NCBI GenBank assembly: GCA_036477795.1
Contig: JAZGDL010000435.1
Span: forward strand, 1-63,721
Reading direction: 5' to 3'
DNA from: Phycisphaerae bacterium
GTDB lineage: Bacteria > Planctomycetota > Phycisphaerae > UBA1845
Length of the DNA stretch: 63,721 bases
Shown here: positions 31,201-37,200 of the stretch, in pieces
Position numbering within the stretch: the stretch's first letter is position 1
How the letters are laid out: each line of letters opens with the position of its first letter
Notes under the pieces: model-generated
Database searches by the model: none
Told to the model about the DNA's origin: nothing
What the model saw: only the letters and a program-made list of their open reading frames with translations
Translations under genes and position numbers: made by a program

Positions 31201-34200
31201 TCGACGACCTTCTGCCACCGGACATCGAGGCCCGTCCGCTGCCCGCGCCCGGTGAAGACGGGGGGCGCGTCGCACGTCCGGACAACTTCGAGGTGGAGTT
31301 CGCGTCGCTGGACATGGAGCTGCTGATCGCCGACGCGCTGGGTCTGACGACTTTGACGCCGACGGGTACGGAGCGTGTTCCGAGGCCTCTGCTGGCCACC
31401 GATCTGACACAGTTGCTTGAACTGAACCTGAGCAACATGGACCTGGTCGTTAGGGAGATCAAAGACGACGGCGGGATGTTCGTCGGGCGAGATGATCTGA
31501 AGGGCCTGGACTACGCGGTCAACCTGGAATACCTGAGCCTGGACCGCAACGAGCTGGAGAACATCGGATTCATCTTGCCGGGCATCCGGCCGGAGCGCGA
31601 GACGCAAGGCGAGTTGGGCCTGCGAGGCTTGCGCTACCTGGATCTGGATTACAACCCGCTGGTTCCGCAGCTCAACGAGTCCGTCCTTGGGCTGCTGGAG
31701 CTCGAGCCGCTGCAACCGGTGACCATCCTGCGCGGCATGCAGTATCTGAGCGCCGATGGCATCGCCGATCCATTCGGACAGGAGCCGCCGGAGGGACAGG
31801 ATGCCTATCATTCGCTTCTTTTGTGGGTGGACGATCTGACGCAGTTGCGTTGGCTCTCCGCAACCGGGACCGGCACCGCCGATTTTGCGCCGTTGCGTGA
31901 CCTGGACGCACTCCAATACGCCTATCTGGGCGAGAACGCCTTCGCCGACGACCCCGACTCGGGGCAGTTCGTGCTGAACGTCTTCGCCGGAGCGAACGAT
32001 CTGCGGTGGCTCGATCTGAGCGGCAGCGCGGTGGGCGAGTTGCGCGATCTGTTGGGCGTATACTTGGTGGACGACAATGACCGCGAGTATTCGGAGATCG
32101 GTTCGGGCTGGCTGAATGATGAGAACGAATTGGCTTTCGACGACGATTATCGCGTTCTCTTCAACGGCGAAGAGGAATCGCTGGCGGTGGCTGCGTTCGA
32201 TGGTCTCGCGGAAGACGTCTACGACGTGTTCGTGACCTGGCCCGCCGACGCCAGCCGTGGTCCGGTGCAGTACACCGCTACGATCGGTGGCGAGATACCT
32301 GTCCAGTCTGCCCAAGTCGATCAGACGCAATCACCCGCGGGGGACGCTCTGCCGTTAGCGCTGGGACAGGTAATCCGTGGCACAACTGATCTGCCGGTCA
32401 GCGGGAACCTCACCGCGACGGCTACGTTTTCGATCGAAGTGAACGGACTGCCCGGCGGGCCGGCGACGGTCAACGTGCAGGTGCTTGACCAGGGCGACAA
32501 CGACACGATCGATGAACTGGTCAACGAGGTGGACGTGCGCATCGGCGGGGCACTTGCTGTCCTGGGCAATCCCGATTTGCCGCAAGGGTCGATCCGCGCG
32601 ATTCGGGTGAACGAACGGCTGTGGTTGCAGACGGTTGGCCTGGGTGAAAACGTTTCGCTGGACCTATCCGCCGCGAACGCGGTCACGCAAAACGTCCTGG
32701 GGCTGTCAGCCGGTCAGACGTCGGAAGTGGTCGGGCTGACGGATGGTGTATGGGAGAACGTGTTGTCCGGCGTGGCCCTGGAGGGCGATGCTTCCATCGC
32801 TCTGGCGACATTGAACGGCCCCTTCGGAACGACGGCCGCGGACGCGGTGGCGGTCGTGCTGTCCGATCCGTTCCCGCTGCTGCAGGCCGTCGATCTAGGC
32901 GGCTCCGTAGTGCTCAACAACCGCGCGTTGGATTTCCTGCTCGATGAGCTTCGCATCCGCGTGGCGGGCAACAACACGTCTGGCGACGCGATCGCCGCCG
33001 GAGTTGTGGCGGAATCGCTCGACGCGACGTTTTTCATGGTCACTCCGATCGAACCGCAATTCACAGAGGCCGATGCGTCCGACCCGTTGGAAATCCCGCT
33101 ATCCCTGGTGAACCCGATTGCCCCGGTTGACTTTGCTGTCGTACTGGATGGTCCCGGCGTCGCGGCGGTGGTGAACGGGAACACGTTGTCACTGACCCCG
33201 GACACGGGTTTCACCGGATCGGTGGTCGTCACGGTGCGCGCCGAAGAATCTGATGGCGGGCGGACGGCGGAGGAGCGCTTCGACTTGCACGTCGGCGTGG
33301 GTGCGGCGTACGGCAGCGTGGCCGGGCTGTCACAAGACGAGTTGGGTCAGCCGACGTTGGACGTGCTGGAAGGGCTGACGTTGTACCTCGACGAGTTCCG
33401 CAACGGCGTTTTCGATCCGGGGTTCGAACGGCTTACGGTCGCGGACGTCAACGGCAATTTCGTGTTTACGGACCTGCCCTTCCTGCCTGAGAGCAACACG
33501 CACGCGGTCGGCATCTTGCTGCCGGATGATCAGGTAGTGCCGACGGCGGCCAGCGGATCACCGTCGGGCGAGGGCTGGATCCAGACTGACGGCGGATCGG
33601 ACGAGCGCGAACTATACACCGTCCTGTTGAATGTTCTGGACGGCCAGGACGTGACGAGCGACGGGTTTGTGGAGTTCAACAACGCGCTGTACTTCGCGGT
33701 GGACAACGCCCAAGTCTGGCGGTTCGACGGCGCGGCAGTGGAAACCGTCTGGACCGGGGCTGACCCTAAGGATTTCGTTCCGTTCGGTGGGGACCTGTAT
33801 TTCGCGGGGGCGGGCGAGATGCAACGCTTGAGCGTGGATGGGAATGGGCAAGTGGCTGTCCAGACCGTCGATGTCAATCCGGGTGGGGATTCGGCCCCGG
33901 TGGACCTGACGGTATTCAACGACGTGCTGTACTTCGGGGCTGCGGGTACGGGGACGGACCGCGAGTTGTGGCAGTTGGTCGAGGATGCCGGTGGCGTGCC
34001 GCAGGTCTCGCAGGCGGCGGACATCAATGCGGGCGGCTCGTCCGATCCGCAATCGCTGCTCGTATACGACATCGACGAGTTGCTCGCCCCGGCGTTGTAC
34101 TTCTCAGCGCAGCACGCGACGCTGGGTCGCGAGCTGTGGCGCTACGACGGGGTGTCAGCCCCGCAGTTGTTGGACATTGTTGCGGGCGCGGGCAGTTCGA

Positions 34201-37200
34201 ACCCGGTGCTGGAGACTGCGTATGACGGTGGCGAGGCGGATTTTGCGGCGTTGTACTTCGCAGCGCAGCAAACCGGCGGTGGAGCGGTTGTTCCGCTACG
34301 ATTACGGTTCTCGTTTACCCAGTTTGGTCTGGACGACAACTGGTACAACCAGGATTTGACCAACCCGGCGGAATTCACGGTGGTGGGTGACGCTTTGTAT
34401 CTTGTCGCCGACGAGGCGGCGGCGGGTCGGGAGCTGTTCCGGTTTGCCAATGCCAACTCGAACCTGACTGTGTTCGACGTGGCCCCGGGGATGTCGGGTT
34501 CGGGGCCGGAGTATCTGGTGCCGTTCGATGGCACTGTGTACTTTGCGGCTGACAACGGGGCGGCGGGGCGCGAGTTGTGGCGGGTGGACGGAGATGAGGC
34601 GGTTCAGGTCGCGGATGTTGATCCGAGCGGGGCATCGTCGCCATCACATCTGACGGTCTTTGCGGACGCCCTTTCGGATCGTCCGACCTTTGGCGAAACG
34701 CTGTACATGGTCGCGACGAACGGGGAGGGATCGCCGGACCTGTGGCGCGCGGGTTACACGCGCGGGCTGGCGTCGATCGCGCCGAGCAACGGGATGGCGA
34801 TCTTCGATACAAGCGTCGATCCGGACCTGTCATTTGCAGCCGTGCAGGGATTGGCGGTGCGGGTCAACGGTTTGTTCGGCGACGCGGAGGTGGAGGAGGG
34901 ATCGGAAATCCAACTTGACGCGGTTCTAGCGGCTGAGACAGGGATTTTGCAACCCACCTACTCGTGGGTGGTTGAATCGAGCAACGGTCAGGTGATCCCG
35001 CCCGGGGATCAGCCGACGCTTGCCTTCACGCCGAGCGACGACGGGCTTTATCAGGTGACGTTGACGGTCAGCGATGCGGCGGATCTGTTCCGCAGCGTGT
35101 CGGCGAGCGTGTTCATTGCGACCGGAAACGTTGCGCCGGAGGTGGAGATCGTCTCGGCGGACGCGCAATTCCCCGCCGGTTACGACGAGGGGCAAGTGAT
35201 CACGTTGGATGCGTCGGTGTTTGACCCGGGTGATGACGCGCACACGTACCTGTGGCAGGTCGCGGCGAGCAACGGGCAGATTGTACCGGATGGGATGAGT
35301 CCGCAGTTGGTCTTTTCGGCTGAGCAGGCGGGAATGTACACGGTGACGCTGACGGTGACCGACGACGAGGGTGCGTTCGACACGGCTGAGGTGCTTCTGA
35401 CAGCCAACGATGTAGCCCCGGAAATCAGCGTGAACATCGTGCCCGGCGTCGGCGACGTGGTCGACGAGGGGACGCCGTTTGCGGCCGACGGGTCATTCGT
35501 CGATGCCCCGAACGACGTGTGGACCGCGACGGTGGACTACGGCGATGGGTCGGGCGTGCAGCCGCTGCCGCTGAATCCCGATCAGACATTCTTGCTGGAA
35601 CACGTGTACGCGGACAACCCTGACGTTGGCGACAGCTACATGGTCACCGTGACCGTGGACGACGGTGACAACAATTCGGCACTCAGTTTCCCGGTGACGG
35701 TGAACAACGTAGCCCCGACGGCGTCGATCGATGAGTTTCCGACCGAGATAGTCGACGAGGGGCAGCCGGTGACGTTGATCGGTTCGGCGACGGATGTGCC
35801 TTCCGATTTGGATGAGATCACGTTCAACTGGAGCGTGGTCGCGTCCAACGGCCAGCAGATCCCTTCGGGAGCAGGCGAGTTGCTGCCCGATGGGCGGACC
35901 AGCTTCACCTTTACGCCGAATGACGACGGGCTGTACACGGTGTCGCTGGCGGCGTCCGACGCTGACGACGCCGGGGAGGCGGTTTCGGTCCCGATTACCG
36001 TGGGCGACGTGCCGCCGTCGATCGTGCTCGACGTGGAAACTCCCGGTCCGTTCTTCGAGGGCGGGCTCGTGGAGCTCAGCGCCGATGTGACCGACCCGGT
36101 CAAGGGTACCGGCGATTTCACTTATGTATGGGAGGCGGACGGTCCAAACAGCCAACACGAAACCGGGGACGGGCTGACGTTCAGCTTCGCACCCAACGAC
36201 GACGGCGCGTATAACGTTTTGTTCACCGTCTTCGACGACGGAGAGCAGGTTGCACAGGAATCCATGACCATCGACGTGCTCAACGTCGCACCCGTGGCCG
36301 ACATTGATGTCGTGCCGCCGGGTCCGTTCTTCGAGGGTGGCAGCATCGTAGTCGGCGGTGTCGGCACCGACGTCGGCGTAAACGACGAGCTGTCACTGGA
36401 CTGGAGCGTTTCGGCGGGCAACGGCCAGGTCAATTTCCCGCAGGGCGATGGCTCCGTCTACGGGTTCACCTTCCAGAACGACGGTGAGTACGTCATCGAG
36501 CTGACCGTAACGGATGATTCCGAGGCGTCGCACACCGACAGGGTCGTGATCCACGTCGACAACGTGGCGCCTTCGTTCGCACTGGAAGAGGTGCCTGCGG
36601 TCGTCCTCGGCGAGGCAGCGACCATCGCCGGATCGGCCACCGACCCAGGTGTCACGGGGCTGCCGGGCGTCGTCGATGATCTCCTGACCGCGACGGTTGA
36701 CTTCGACGACGGTACGGTGGATTCGGTGGTGATCGCCCACGGTACGTTCAGCCTGAACCATGTCTACGCGGAAAGAGGCGTCTATGACGTTACCGTCACC
36801 GTGGACGACGAGGTCGACCAGACCTCGCAGATGATCCAGATCGTGGTGTCGGACCTGACCGTTGAGGCCTGGTACTCCGTCGCCTTGCACGACGGGATCG
36901 AAGCCACCCTGTCAATCCCCGACGACGGGTTGTTCTCCGAACCGCGGCAGAGCGGCGTCAACACGTTGCTGATCGAATTCAGCGAAGCCATCGATCCCGG
37001 CTCGTTCGCTCCGGAGGACGTTATGGTGGTGGGCGTTGATGCCAACGGGCAGGCCGTGAATCTGGCGGGCATCAACGTATCGACCTCGACGCGCGACGGA
37101 GACACCGTCGCCGTGGTGACGTTCAGCGGCCCGTTGCCCGACTACGCCCGTTATCTCGTGTCTATCACCGGTATCGTTTCGGCGGACTCCGAAGCGCTCC

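Noticed and set aside
14385-32330. Other long minus-strand ORFs inside the giant gene (14385-15749, 21294-22118, 23946-24896, 28746-29696, 29757-30659, 30831-32330)
   Set aside because: All are antisense to a frame with clear domain signatures. None has recognisable motifs, an RBS or a signal sequence.
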